Of a stretch of DNA of 64,000 nt, positions 14,501 to 25,953 are shown one piece after another. Under the pieces are notes generated by a model. The model had not been told where the DNA came from. It ran no database searches and was given only the letters and a program-made list of their open reading frames with translations. Position 1 is the first letter of the stretch; each line of letters starts with the position of its first letter. Origin of the DNA: Sarea resinae (lineage: Eukaryota); contig JAPEUD010000022.1 in the NCBI GenBank assembly GCA_026026165.1, positions 1 through 64,000 on the forward strand. Reading direction: 5' to 3'. Position numbers and translations under genes: made by a program.

Positions 14501-15179
14501 ACAGCAGACGTACACACACCGTCCCTTACCCTCAACCCCTCGGGCTTCAGCTGCTCGAAACTACCTGCTTCCATGGTCGTCGTCGCTTCACTTCAGCAGA
14601 CGCTTGGAAGCAAATCATCGCCCGTCAGTACCCGGGCGGAGATTATGTGGAGCTCGTAACGCGTGCTCAGTGATTGGTGAGCTCTTTCCTCTCTCCCAGC
14701 CTTGCCAGGACATACGCCTTTCATATCCGGAGCCGGAGTGTCAACTCCATCCAAGCCTTTCAGTGTGGCTCCACCATCCAGAACGAGTTCGTTTCCATCT
14801 GACTTCTCCCTATCTTCTAGCTTCCGTCACTGCCTACAAGCATCTTTCATGATCCAGCTCCGTGTTGCTCTACCCATTCTACTTCACTGCCTCGACTTCC
14901 AAACAAATGAGCGTTGGCCCGCCAAATTGCGGACATTTCTCGCAAACATGAGTTGTTATGACCGGTTTGGGCGCCGAACACGGCCTGAGATATACCGGGG
15001 CTTTGGAATAGAGCCAACCCCTTCGCATGGATTGCAGTTGCCTTCCTCTGGTGCATTCATTTTGGCGGCGGTAAAAGGCTCTAGATTTGGTGCGGAGTTA
15101 AGGAATACTTCTACTGCAGACCTTTCTCGCTCCCAAAAGCTGTTCTGCCCAATTGAGGCCGTAATCGCGCTGTGTTTGC

Positions 15180-16200
15180 TTCATTACGCAGCTCTCATAG
15201 TCATATAGCTAGAGTTACTGGCTGGTTTGTTGGACATCGATATAAGTCGACCATCTATATCGAGCCGGTCGAATGCGGCAAGTGATCCTTCCGAGGCCTT
15301 GTCTATGAACTTGTACCACGATTTCTGCATTGGGAACCAGAAAGGAAGTGAGAGCGGAAAAGCCCGGTCAAGACTTGAGAGCATCTCGAGACAAGGGAAG
15401 CAGCTTGGACAGCTGCAAGTACAACGAAAGCGCGATAGTAATCCTGCTTTGTTCTTAATCACGTTGAGAACTGCGGTGGCGTCCTGTCAAGCGGACAAGA
15501 CCCGGCTTGTCGCGCTGTGTGCCCACGAAGCGGGATAGTTGGATAAATCATCAAGCGAAGATCTCCGGTGCGATTGGCCCTCTTGTGTGCATCATGCCCT
15601 GTAGAACCCGTATTGCCTTCTCGACCATCACGTACGCAGATGGAACCCCGCGGAATATGGGTTTAGCTCGCTCTGCCCTCGGTGATACTGCTCTACCGAA
15701 GAGTGATACCGATCAGGTAGATTACACGACGAACAATGGGATACAGGCGTCCGTCCAACAACAAAGATGGTGGCGAAGAAGATTTATTGTAGATGACGAG
15801 GCTTCGTCCACTCGCTCTCGATGACCCCGGTGCTACCCGAGTAGCTTTCGAAGAGTACGGCGACGATGATCGAGCTTGCATTCCGGCCAGGAAAGAAGAG
15901 CAGTCGTTGCTTTGGGCATTTCCTCAAGGATTCTGCGGGCCACACACACAATGGCAGAGAGAATAGTCCGAGCCTTAAGTTGTATTGGCAATCCAGAATG
16001 ACTGCGACGCAGCCCTCAATCCTCCGCGTGGCTCACTGGTACTGTTCAGTGCCATTATTCAACTTTTCTCCGCTCGTGGCTCGCCGGCAATCGTGACTTC
16101 TACCTGCGTTGAAAGGTTAGTGAAAGCAATATCGGAGGGCAGTACTGAACTCAATTTATCGGCGGCAGGCTTTAGTCCGAACTAATCATAGAAATGAGGA
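15180..16200 (-). pseudogene. Decayed gene, paralogue of 30.9-32.5 kb
   Basis: Shared DNA block GTGATACC..TCAGGTAGATTACAC..CGAA....GGGATACAG (~15704 vs ~31213); shared minus-strand motif WI-x8-[YF]xLxHCVCG (~15940-15995 vs ~32210-32265). Confidence 0.55.
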
Positions 16201-17967
16201 CCGTGACGTGCCGGAGACCCACCTTTGCCTTGCTCTTGAAATCCAACGACAGGACTAGCAAAATCGGCATGCCGTGCATATTGGACTGCCCTGTCTTCCG
16301 CGTTTTGGCTCGAAGAGCATAGAAGAGGTGAGTAACGGATTATTGGTCCTCCTCCATCGCTGCCGGTATCACAAGTATAGCCAACGTAACCTTGGCCGTG
16401 TTCGACTCACCAGCGTGAACTTGCTCCCATGGCGGCCGTCAGTATCATTAGCAAGCTGCCAATAGTGGACGGCAAGCAATACATACACTACAACCCTATG
16501 TTCCAAGACCATTGTCTCTCGACGTTCTAGACGATATCAACCCGTCACTACACATGCGGCGGGGTTACGAGTCTAAAGTAATCACCTCTGGTGATCCGCC
16601 CCCAGACTCTTATTGATGGTAGTCGTGAGGTGCGAAATCGATGAGTTGGGGTGCTCATGAGTATCGGTGGCATCTGGAACGCTGAGAGTCATCGTGGACG
16701 CCAGTTCTGTATTAGCAAAGGAATGGGTTTGACGACCGTCGGGTTTACCAATCGTGTTGCTGATAGCCCTTCACTATGTGATCCATTCTCGACCCGCTCA
16801 TGGCGCGCTATTCCATCGGGAGGCCGACAAGGAAGAGCGAGTTTTGCAAATCTGATTGGACGGCGACAGCCGAACCGCGACGGCATTCGTCTGGGAAGAT
16901 AGCAAATCGGATGAGTGAGGTGCTAAAACCGTCAGCCGGGCTTCAGTCGAAAATTGACGGGGCTCGAGACATCAGCCAACTCATTTGATACCAGGGTATC
17001 CAATGTATTCGCTCGAGTTCCACGGTGGGTGCGGTGGGTTTGGTGAGCGAGACTCAGGCAGGCGCTTGCGAGATCCCAACTGGCGAAGCGGCGTACAAGC
17101 ATATGCGAGCTTGCTTCAATGCTGGTGCTGCGGTAGAGCGTAAGGGACGATGGCAAGTGAGTTGTTAGTTACGTGATACCGGCCACTTATCCAATGCACA
17201 TCAGAGGCAAGGAAGCGGAGAAACTGCGAGAGGGCGCTTCAAACACCGGAAGGCACTTAGGATCACAACGAGAGGCAATTGTTCCCATCATCGATCTTTA
17301 GGCGATAACTTTGGTTGGGACCTGATACTCACCGAATACTTGTCCGTGATACTTGCTCCGTATCTCATGCCCCCGGCGGTGGGGCTTCTCTTGCAAAGTT
17401 TCTACGTTTTGCCCGTAGTTGAAAAGCACACGCCTTCGCGAGTGTAACTGGCAGCACCTCGGGTAAGGTCGCTCGCGATCGGCGGCTTCCTTCTACCGTG
17501 GGCTGATAGGCTGAAACCCCAGAGTTCGATGGTTGGGAAAGGACGACCTGGATTGGAAGCCTCGAATAAGACTTCCGACATCCACTGAGCCCGTGATCGA
17601 AGGAGTGTCAACTCAATCGAGGGCCTTTTCTGATCCGAAGGAGGTATGAGCGAATCGTGGCCCTGCGCGGCAAAGGAGTGAGGATTAGCACGGTGCTGTG
17701 ACGTTGGTTCAAGTGGCTGGGCGCTTGGAAAATCCAAAGGAATCTGGGCTCTTACCGAGATAGCAGATATCCATTGATCGAGAATAGCTGTGCGGTGTAA
17801 AGTTCAAACGGCCTGTTATGGCGCTTTACAGGGATACTGCATCGTGAGTGCTTCTGATAGTGGATCTCGCTGCGCGAAAGGCGCGCCCCACTACGTTCTA
17901 CTACGTAGTAGTCCGTCTTAGTCTATTCTAGCCCAACACAGTATGCGGCCCGGCCCGAATAGTCAAT

Positions 17968-18360
17968 CTAAACCCGGGCGTTCTGGTGGTTACGATACTC
18001 TTGGGCGGTACGACGACCAGGTGAGCGAGATCGTTGTCGTGTAAATGTGCTGGCCAAATTACCAGCAATAGCGGCGTCGTCGGTGAAGAGATGCGGATGA
18101 TCATCCGAGTGGACCACTACAAGGGCCGTCCGACACCGTCGTATCCGAGGACAATGATATAAGTGCCGGACTGTGGCGTTGCAATTAGCGCAGAACGCTA
18201 TCCAGGGACCGAGATGACACTCACCACAACGAAGGCAGACCCGGTATTCAAAGGTTTGGGTTCGCCAGGAAGTGGTACTCCCCATAATGAGCTCGAATTA
18301 GATCGACCAATTTTAGTGGGCTGCAGACACCTATTGCACGACGGTTGTTGCCGCCGCAGT
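17968..18360 (-). pseudogene. Decayed paralogue of the zinc-knuckle gene at 26861
   Basis: CLRCGECHLGPWIAFCANCNATVRHLYHCP...RQRSRSPGRR..EYRN aligns with CLSCDRRHLHRCTAFCRQCNARVGHNENHCP...RPRSRSPGRG..GYRD; the 5' part is frameshifted. Confidence 0.75.
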
Positions 18361-20164
18361 CACGAAGAGGATCGTTGACGTGAGCCCAGATCGACATTGC
18401 GTGCTGTCAACGCCATGGCCATGGGACCTTCTGAATGCACGTTAGTGGGTGTTTCGCTGATCTGGGGCAGCATCAAAGCTCGGGGCAGTAGAGCACTTTG
18501 AGCTTCTGTGTTCTCTTCTGACAGTTGTATCTGAGCGGTTTGGGAAGCCTCTTGGAATGATATCGGTAGCCTTCGTTGGGGACGCGGATAGTTATTATTC
18601 GAAAGACCATGGACTCAACCTTCCCCCAGCGAGAAATATACCAAGGTTCTGTCTGTTCTCTCACATTACGAAGCCCTGATATTGGATCTTCGTGGCAGAG
18701 AAGAGATGTAGGGCCCGGCACTTGGTGTTGAAGCGAGTCTGTTGGGTTGCGGGTCGCTGGCGTGAGCCTAAAGGTTTGCTGCTCAAGCAGTGTCATGCAT
18801 CAGTATGCACACCACGGCCTAGCTCTCGAATTCCTTGGGGCAAACAGCCTTGAGATCCAAATGGGGCTCGCTGGAGTCGAGTAGTGTATGCGGTCCAGGA
18901 AGTGTGCTGCTTTGAATTTCAGATCCAGATTTGAACATCAGCCCGGTGTCCAATTCATGTGAGCCCATCAAAGGCTCTCCAGACAGGAATGCAAGCCGGC
19001 ATTGTCTGTGAATTTCTATCCTGAACAACCGAAAGGTCAGCAGACAATTCTGATGAAAGGAAGCAAAAAACAGCGAATCTCGCATTGTATTTTTGATTCC
19101 AAACAGCGGCTCCTCGGAATAAAAGCTTTACCAACCTTCTATTGAGTCGGAGAACGATGACAATTTAACCAGCTAATTCGGGCGACTTTGTGTGTCCGCA
19201 CTGCGAAAGCCCAGGTTCAAAGGAAAGATCTCAAAGACACAGTGAATCAGATGTTTGGGGATCCAGAGACTAGATCGGGAGGCTTGCGGAGCTCTGTAGT
19301 CCGGCTTTAGATAACACAAATGATGAGCGCACTGCAGATGGCGTGAGGCGGACCGGAACCTTTCCAAAACATGAGGCAGTGACATGACTCAATCCGATTC
19401 AGGGTATTGCTTCCAGTGTGGCTGGAAAGACCTAGTCATTCTCTTAGTAGATTCAAGAAGAAGGTGGTAGCAGACGCCATACATAACTTGGGGTTTGACC
19501 GGTAAGACAGACCATTGACCGTCAGGATTGTCCCTTCTGAAGCTTCTAGCTCTGAATGTCGTATGATCATATCGAGACAGACTGTTGCGGATACTCAGTC
19601 TCGACCTGGGTGATAGAGTGTCGTTCTTGCTTTGTCGATATCTATCCAGATGGGTATGTCGATAGTGACGATTGGCCGAGCACTTGACAATCGACGTTGA
19701 GCCGCAGAGGAAATCAAGAAACCGCGACGTGAATGAAATGGAAGTGAATGACAAAGACACGGCGTGGCGGGTACTCCCATAACAAAGGCTCGATGGACGC
19801 CGTAGGGAAACTGTCGGTATAGTTTGAGCCGTTGCCACGCAGCAGCGTCTACTGTAGTGTTCTGCCGGGGGAATCTTATTGACAGCTGGAGCAGGTTCTT
19901 GGCTGACTCTACGACCTGCTTGATCTACAGACCTACCGTGTCTGATTACTCTAACCTAACTCAACGATGGCCAAAGCTTGGGGCTTCGGGCATCCAAAAC
20001 TCAAGCCATGCTACTCAAAACATTGAATCACAGTCACTGATAACAACAAAGATTGGCGAGAGGCTTTGATTGAGTATCATCTATAGCAAAGGTGCCATAA
20101 TGGCAAGTTTATTGGCACTGCCCAGCGAGCGACAGTCCATGAGCTACACCTCGTGGTGGCTGAG

Positions 20165-20292
20165 TGAGAAGCACGAGCTTCTATTTCTGAGGAGCATTGG
20201 ATTGCGCTCCTGTAGCTAATGCGTGCAATGAGAAGCATGAACTTCTATTTTTGAGGGCGTTGGATCCCGCCCTTGTAGCTAGTAAGTGCAAT
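20165..20292. repeat. Imperfect tandem duplication of ~64 bp, 3' of the gene at 20325
   Basis: TGAGAAGCAYGARCTTCTATTTYTGAGG...TGTAGCTA..GTGCAA at 20165 and 20229. Confidence 0.85.
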
Positions 20293-20324
20293 CAGTAAAG
20301 CCGTACAAGCGGCAGCATCTCATG

Positions 20325-20905
20325 TCACTTCTTTTCGCCGTCTTTCTTCTTCTCCTCTTCCCTCTTTTGCTTCCTCGTCTCTTTCTTTCTTGCCAGCCTG
20401 TTCTTTTTGAGGGCCGGCTTCTTCTCCTTTCTTCGCGCCTTGCGCGCCTCCTCAAAGGCCATCCGCTCTTGCGTCTTCGGCCCAGCTGGTTTCGGGATAC
20501 CTTGTTGTATCCTCTTGAAATTCTCCTGGACCTTTTCCTTCTTCTTCTCGTATCGGACCTTGTTCCTACGTTGGCGCTGTTCGGCGCGTCTGGCGCCTTT
20601 CTGGGCCTCATATTCGTCGTGGGGAAGCCTCGACGCTGCTATCGTGGTCAGCAAAAGCATGCCTTATAGCAGATGAACTTACATTGACCGGCCGTGTTTC
20701 CGGTGGCAGGTTGGCCTTCTTGGGCCGACGCGTATTCATCGTCATTCATTTCGTCATCTTCATCAATGTCTTCGTCATAGTGGGCTCTGCCGACCCCGCG
20801 GGCTTGGTCGTCACTATCATCGCCACCGGCCCCACCTGTCCCACCTGTGGCTTGGTGGCCGTAGTTCTCGGTGGCGATATCGGGGCGAAGAGCGAGTGAA
20901 GTCAT
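20325..20905 (-). CDS. Orphan 178-aa protein, acidic N-terminal half and Lys/Arg-rich C-terminal half (2 exons)
   Basis: Exons 20905-20683 and 20638-20325 joined in frame by a 44-nt GTAAGT..GCTGAC..TAG intron; CA-rich leader; divergent from the Spo11-like gene. Confidence 0.8.
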
Positions 20906-21072
20906 TTTTGTAGTATTTATGGAATTGATTGAATGGGGAATTGGATTGCTTACTTGCTGGTATGCTTTGCTGTGGTGTGGTGTGCTTTGCTGTGCTGTGC
21001 TGTGGTTGTGGTTGTGTTTGTGGTGAGGATGGTGATAGTAACGGTGGGAAAATTCCGTGGCACGATTAGGTG

Positions 21073-21146
21073 TCTGTGTGCCTCATGGTTAGATCTTATC
21101 ATCTGTGTGCCTCAGGGCTAGACCTTATCATCTACGATCTGTGCCT
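21073..21146. promoter_or_regulatory. 29-bp tandem repeat in the divergent promoter
   Basis: TCTGTGTGCCTCAKGGYTAGAYCTTATCA at 21073 and 21102, partial third copy at ~21138; a regulatory role is inferred from position only. Confidence 0.5.
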
Positions 21147-21296
21147 TTGAGTTTGTCGTCTCATCTACACACGCACATGCCTACACTCTTACCTTCTTTT
21201 AGCATCATACACAACAAGCACAGCAGGCGGCAGCAAATCCTCGACCAAAGCACTCATATCGAGCAATACAGCATACTAACGACAGCATCATCAACA

Positions 21297-22875
21297 ATGG
21301 CGGAAATAGCTAAGCCGATCCTCTCCCTGAACTGGCGTGATGATAATGCCAGAGACTCAAGGATCATAGCTGCCATCCACCATATCATGCTCAAAATAGA
21401 CGCTGGCGATACGTCTGTGGTGGAGTTTGCTGCCACCAAATCGAAAAAGGCAATCCAACTCGAAGAAATCGAGCACGACGGCGAGAAGACTTGGATGCTT
21501 GTACGCCGCAGCAACCCAAGTCCACGCGGCTACGATGCCCATGAAGATTTCTGGATTCGATTCATCACAATCGGGATCCAAATCCTCGAAATGATGGGCA
21601 ACAAAGAGCCCATCAAATATCGAAGGGTGCAGTATCAACACCTCGTTGACGGTCTGACGTACGCACAGATAACCAAGGGTCTGAAAGACTGGGCCGTCAC
21701 TATACGCGTGCACCCCAAGAGCTTCGGGCTTCAAAACCAACCTTCCGGCGAAGTCTGGCTGGCCCATGGTCTCAGCATTGCCGCCAAGGTAGTCAACAAC
21801 ATTTTCGAGTATCGAGCCACAGAGAAAACAGACAAGGTGGTCTTGAGGGAAACGAAAGGCATCCCAGACATGATTGCCAGCCTCCGAGTTGTCAAGAGAA
21901 ACAGAGACGAGTCGACGGGGTGGCTCGATATTGTCCCCCGTGGTGTCATAGTCACGGAACACCGAAACATTGGTCTTGCTCTGACAGAAATCCAGCGTCG
22001 CTTCTCGGGCATGATTATCGTCATGGTATGTCTCGAACCCCAAGTTCATGAACCCAGCTGATATTTCCAGACCGGAGGCTTCCCTGATAGCTCCACCACC
22101 GAATTTCTTCATCTCCTCGAGGTTGATCCGCTCCTCAAAGATCTGCCTTTCTTATTCTTTTCGGACCACGACTTCTCTGCATTCCAGATGTTCATAGCAC
22201 TAAAGTACGGCTCCGCACATGCAGCCTGGGCCAGTCCCAGTCAAGTTTGCAAACGACTGACATGGGCTGGACCCACCATCGACGAACTATACGCCGCTGT
22301 CCACAGTTATGCCAGTGGGCCCCGCATCGAAGTTCAGAGAAGAAACCACCCAGATCGGGACATTGAGCGTCTACAAGAAGAGAATTCATTGTGGGAAGAG
22401 GCCAAAGTGCAAGAAATTGCTAACGTGTTGACCTCCAGAAAGATCACCAAAGCCGATCACCTTATCATCAAAGGTCTTCGGAATGCAGGTTGTCTAGCTC
22501 TAGAGCCGAAGCTCAACGCCGAGATCGAATACATGCTGTCTGCGGAGCTTGAAGGCAAATCAGTGAGTGACCGGCGCGTCTCAGGTCCAACGACGACGTA
22601 CTGACTTTCGTCAGAAATTCGGTCTTGCCCAACTGGCAAGGATCCGAAGCAGTGGCATGGAGCTATGGATCGCAGACGAGGTCGATCGCTGGAACCATTC
22701 CGAGCCGGAGGAAGACTATGAAGAGCGCGCTCCCGCAGAGAATCGTTCGCAGGACACGCGACGCTTTGTACAGGCTGCCGAGCATGCCAGGAAACAAGAC
22801 GAGCACAAGATGGAAAGCAGCCGTCTCATGCAAACCATTTTCAGAATGACATCACGATCAGAAAGCTCAGCTTAG
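21297..22875 (+). CDS. Divergent Spo11/topoisomerase VI subunit A-like protein, 493 aa, 3 exons
   Basis: Exons 21297-22025, 22071-22562 and 22615-22875 (GT..CTGAY..CAG introns, phase 0). Winged-helix motif IKYRRVQY(113), Toprim VIVTE(221)H, MTGGFPDSSTTEFL, FSD(275)HD(277), LKYGS and C-terminal EIEYML..K occur in Spo11 order and spacing. Confidence 0.85.
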
Positions 22876-23307
22876 TACTGAACCCGAGTCTTGACTCGAG
22901 AGGACCAACGTCCTGGCGTTCGCGCTGTAACAAACTGACGCTTGCGTCACAAGAATGGCATTCTCGCTACTAAAAATCGGCGTTCGCGTCCAAAAAAGTT
23001 GCTCGTTGCTGCCTTAGTCAATGAATACATTCCGCTCATCTTCTGATTCCTTGATTGTGATCTGTCCATATTTTGAATGGTGACTCGCTCGTAGGCTGAC
23101 AATCATGTATGGACCCAATGATTTACGACCTTCCAGGCAACGGCAGATTAGGCTCTTGTTTCATCGTCTACAAAGTTCACAAAACATACAACATGATCAC
23201 TGTGAGGTTTCGGCGATAACATAGCACCAGGTGAAGCTTTCTTTCATTAGGTAACTACCTAGGTAAGCAATTGTTCAATGTGCGCAATGCCTGATGTTTC
23301 TTATCCT

Positions 23308-23391
23308 TGAGGCAGTTACGCCTTTCGCTGAGGCAGTAACACCTTTCGCTGAGACGGTTACGCCTTTTTATGAGGCAGTCACGCCTTTTGA
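23308..23391. repeat. 4 x 21-bp tandem repeat between two convergent genes
   Basis: TGAGGCAGTTACGCCTTTCGC variants at 23308, 23329, 23350 and 23371. Confidence 0.9.
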
Positions 23392-23492
23392 GCTATATGG
23401 ACTTGAGCCATTGCTATGAAGGTATGCCTGGAATGGGCATACCCTTTTCGGGCCGAAGCTCGGAATGAGGTAAGAGCGAAGCTCTATTTTGC

Positions 23493-24395
23493 TTAATGCC
23501 CATTCAAATTGAGACGGTCCATTGCAGCAAGAAATTTGGGACTTGTAAGCTTCCCTGGGAATACCCACGGCTCCGGTTCACCGGGCACAACGAGTTCAAA
23601 TACTTCTTTGGGGACGATTCGGCCTTGTCGGATGCCAGTCCTGAGATTATGTCCACCGAAATCTGGCGGACCAAGGTCTTCGATGCCCTCGCGATTCAAA
23701 TTGAGATATGCCAGTTCTTGCAAGGTCATTCGCTGGAAATGTTCATCAGCAACTTTCGATCAAGAGCAAATCAGGAACATTGGCGTATGTACCTGGAAGA
23801 TGGCTTTCATCTTTTTCCACAGCGCAGCTGATTGCGCGGCATGGGATGTATTATCACACAGCAAAGTTATCGTCCACAACTGTTTTGCAAGCTGAAAAGG
23901 TTAGTCATTATTCCGTGCAGACTGCGAAGACCATTCTACCTTTCGACTGCGGGATGGATTGCCTCCGGGCCCGGCCGTCGTCCCTATCTGGACCGATTGC
24001 ATCTCGTTCAGGACGAAAATGGAGTACTTCTGTCGAGGATCAGGGATATAGAACTCCGCGATTGTTTTCACCTTGCGATTGGCTCTTTCGCCTCTTCGAT
24101 TGACTAGATTGAGTCGAATGACACTATGATTAGAGGCCTTTGTGATTTGTAGTATGGCTCTATAGTCCCTATCTTCCTGCAGATTAGTATCATAGATCTT
24201 ATAGTACTTAGCATCTTCTTGTGACCCGTAAGATATATAAGTGACTGGGGCTTCTGTTGTGCCCAACAAAGTCGACCTGCCGCTTCTGGGATTAGGGTAG
24301 TGGGCACGACGGTCAATTCGTTTCGGCAATCGGACGTTGGTCCTGTGGCTCATCGTGACCACTTGGCTCGACCTCATGAATGGATTCGGTGCCAT
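23493..24395 (-). CDS. Orphan 264-aa protein, possible PH-like fold (3 exons)
   Basis: Exons 24395-23940, 23891-23793 and 23732-23493 joined by phase-0 introns of 48 nt (CTAAC branch) and 60 nt, giving an uninterrupted ORF; the core is a run of short beta-strand-like segments ending in an amphipathic helix. Confidence 0.75.
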
Positions 24396-24612
24396 TTTGT
24401 AATTCTGACCCTTGATCAAATGATTAGTAAATTGCGTATTATTGATGAAGGAACACTGTTTAGTTGTTGAAGATTGATTGTAGTGTCTTAACAATATGAT
24501 GCTTGTTGGTCTTGATGGGACGGTTGTGGGTGATCAATGCTTTCAGAAGTCATACTATTGCCGTACCAAGATGGGTTGACCCAACGTCTTTGAACAGACT
24601 TCTATCACAATA

Positions 24613-24686
24613 GGGGCTTTGGCCGAGTGGAATGGTGCGTTGTCTACGGATAAGCGGTGTCAGGGGTTCGACTCCCCTGGGCCCTG
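24613..24686 (+). tRNA. Atypical tRNA-like gene (Arg-ACG-like; irregular anticodon arm)
   Basis: Acceptor GGGGCTT/GGGCCCT, A-box TGGCCGAGTGG, T-arm AGGGG-TTCGACT-CCCCT, oligo-T terminator; loop CT-ACG-GA is present but the anticodon stem does not pair canonically. Confidence 0.65.
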
Positions 24687-25026
24687 TTTTCTTTTTTAGC
24701 ATCGTGTTCAAATTCCGAAAGGGTAAAATGTCTTATAAATGGTACTTCGTTGAAAATGCGGATTTACTTCTTCAACCCAATGTGAACTTCCTTTCTCGGT
24801 CGTACACCCAAACGTCGGCGGTCATCCGCCAGGTACGACTCGACTTCGGCTTAACATTTCGTTTCTAACATTCTACTCAAATAAAGGTTCAACGCGAAAA
24901 TGATGATTGCGGTGAAAGCCTTGGAAGCTTTCTCTCTTACGGCTTGTTCGCTTCCTTTTAGCCCTCTTCATACCCATTTTGATGCTGTCTGGTGTGCCAA
25001 AGTGTAAGTTGAGCTATACGTGGCCG

Positions 25027-25953
25027 TCACCAATGTTTTCTTTCTTCACTTTCTAACAGCAGATTGTGCAGCTTGGACAAGGCCTCTACATCTATCGAAA
25101 ATTCAACACGACGCTTCGATACGATGGATATGGTTTCACGTTCCGATAGCAACCTATCCATGACGCAACGGTTTCGCGAACAGATCTCCATAGCTCGCTG
25201 GATGAAGATGGCAGCACCGGTCGTTAGCAAGTGTTTAGACTGGAGACCGATCAAACAAAAGCTGTTGAGGATTGCCACCCCCTCTCACTTCTTCTGATAC
25301 TTGTTCCTGAAGCCAATCATAGTATTGCCTGGTCAAACCTGAGATTCTCGGCGAAGTCGATGACTCCGGCAGCGAAGCAGGCGCTCCAACGCCCGATCTC
25401 GACATTGGCAAGGAAGGATCATAACGGCGCCAGCATCAAGGTCTTTGTCTCTTCGGTTCTGAATACAACGTTCCGATGATGATCAAACTCGTCAATCATC
25501 CCAAATCTTCGCCAAGTCTACCAAGCCAGTACTCCACCCATCTTCACCGGATTCGCCGACAAGACGGAAAGAGAGTCAGCGACACATATGCTCTTACAAT
25601 GTCAACAAAGTGCACTACTGATTTGCACAAGCTTGCCCGATCTAGCATGATCAAGTTTGAGCCCTTCTCGGTGGCCATCTTTCCGAACGTGGTGTTGGGG
25701 TCGACCTTCGCTTGAGGGCAAGGATTTGCGATTTCTGCCCATGCCCAAAGCGAACTAAGTGGTCGACTTCTAAATCCTTGGCGGCATAGCTTATTCCAAC
25801 TACTTTGTTTACGGTCGGCTCCAGGCATACGGAGGCAAAAGCTGGAAAAGAGCTGTCGATATCAACTGTACAAAAACTTTGGCACGTTCGCCGGTCTATC
25901 TGGTAAGATCTCGTCCCGATCTTGCGTGTGTAACTCGGCGTATCGAATTCCAT
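25027..25953 (-). pseudogene. Disrupted orphan gene
   Basis: Long protein-like minus-strand segments (MEFDTPSY.., KVDPNTTFGKMATEKGSNLIMLDR.., MIDEFDHHRNVVFRTEETK.., AILNSFCLIGL..) linked by frameshifts, TGA stops and an intron-like GTAAGA..GCTGAC. Confidence 0.55.

Noticed and set aside
11900..15100. Several 100-170-aa ORFs as real genes
   Set aside because: No recognisable motifs or consistent exon structure; probably decayed or spurious.
17898..17911. Perfect 14-bp palindrome CTACTACGTAGTAG
   Set aside because: A single low-complexity occurrence with no supporting element ends.
21357..22112. 251-aa minus-strand ORF
   Set aside because: Antisense shadow of the Spo11-like exon 1.
23496..24107. 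Plus-strand ORFs of 91-131 aa
   Set aside because: Antisense to the cleanly spliced minus-strand gene at 23493-24395.
25027..25953. Pseudogene rescued by sexual-stage A-to-I editing of stop codons
   Set aside because: Frameshifts are also present, and editing cannot repair those.
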